DNA of 64,000 nucleotides from Gnetum montanum (Eukaryota; Plantae; Gnetophyta): NCBI GenBank assembly GCA_015680685.1, contig MNCI01001065.1, positions 74,857 to 138,856 of the forward strand, read 5' to 3'. Shown piece by piece: positions 63,701 to 64,000 of this stretch (position 1 is its first letter; each line of letters starts with the position of its first letter). The notes under the pieces were generated by a model. It saw only the letters and a program-made list of their open reading frames with translations, ran no database searches and was not told where the DNA came from. The position numbers and the translations under genes were made by a program.

Positions 63701-64000
63701 CCCAAAGAGAAAAATCTCCAATTCCCAAAAGGCAAGTTCACTTTGCAGAAAGTCCTAACACATTATCAGTACAAAACATGAATAATTCCATGTCTAGCAA
63801 AAAGGACCATTCCCCTTTCCTAACCGTTTTGATTATTTTAGAAAAGAATGTCCATAATTGTTTAATGGATTTCGGTGCAACTGTTAGTGTTATGCCTCTG
63901 GACGTTTGTAACACCTTAGGAGCACAAATGATATCACAAACTAAAAGTGTGATTCAACTCGATGGATCTAACGTACCTGTGGTAGGGTTATTAAAAGGAG
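60747..64000 (+). mobile_element. Element G: younger D-family Tat element; 5' LTR 60747-61845, gag ~62250-63780, protease start ~63810, runs off the window
   Basis: TGTTGA...TCAACA termini and TATA CCTATAAAT at 61052. gag/PROT colinear with 23000-24860 (HNCLMDFGATVSVMPL). A few stops, CpGs retained. Confidence 0.9.
61852..61868 (+). promoter_or_regulatory. Primer-binding site complementary to the 3' end of plant tRNA-Asn(GUU)
   Basis: TGGCGCTAGAAGGAGGG is the reverse complement of CCCUCCUUCUAGCG-CCA, 6 nt after the LTR end. Confidence 0.85.

Overview
AT-rich, strongly CpG-depleted plant genomic DNA with several N gaps. It is probably a gymnosperm: the retroelement architecture and a type-2 RIP-like relic fit a gnetophyte or conifer, but this is inference. 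No intact protein-coding gene is visible. Most of the window is a nest of decayed retrotransposons. (i) A Tat-type Ty3/gypsy element D (20817-56480, domain order PROT-aRH-RT-RH-INT) is split in its integrase by two tandem gag-only Sirevirus-like copia units. The first unit is invaded by a second Tat element E, whose two LTRs each carry another LTR of E's own family. (ii) There is a minus-strand Tat pol relic with a different aRH position. (iii) A younger D-family element G has a perfect tRNA-Asn PBS. (iv) There is a non-LTR RT relic. Two host-gene relics are present: a laccase pseudogene (57800-60266) truncated by a copia LTR, and an intronless ricin-like type-2 ribosome-inactivating protein/lectin pseudogene (6585-7616). 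The latter has a signal peptide, an A chain that is almost entirely deleted, a linker and a B chain. It lies inside the U3 of an LTR family (5' end TGTTGGCACATTT) whose copies each carry different U3 cargo, which is the most notable observation. All alignments and translations were done by eye; boundaries marked ~ are approximate.
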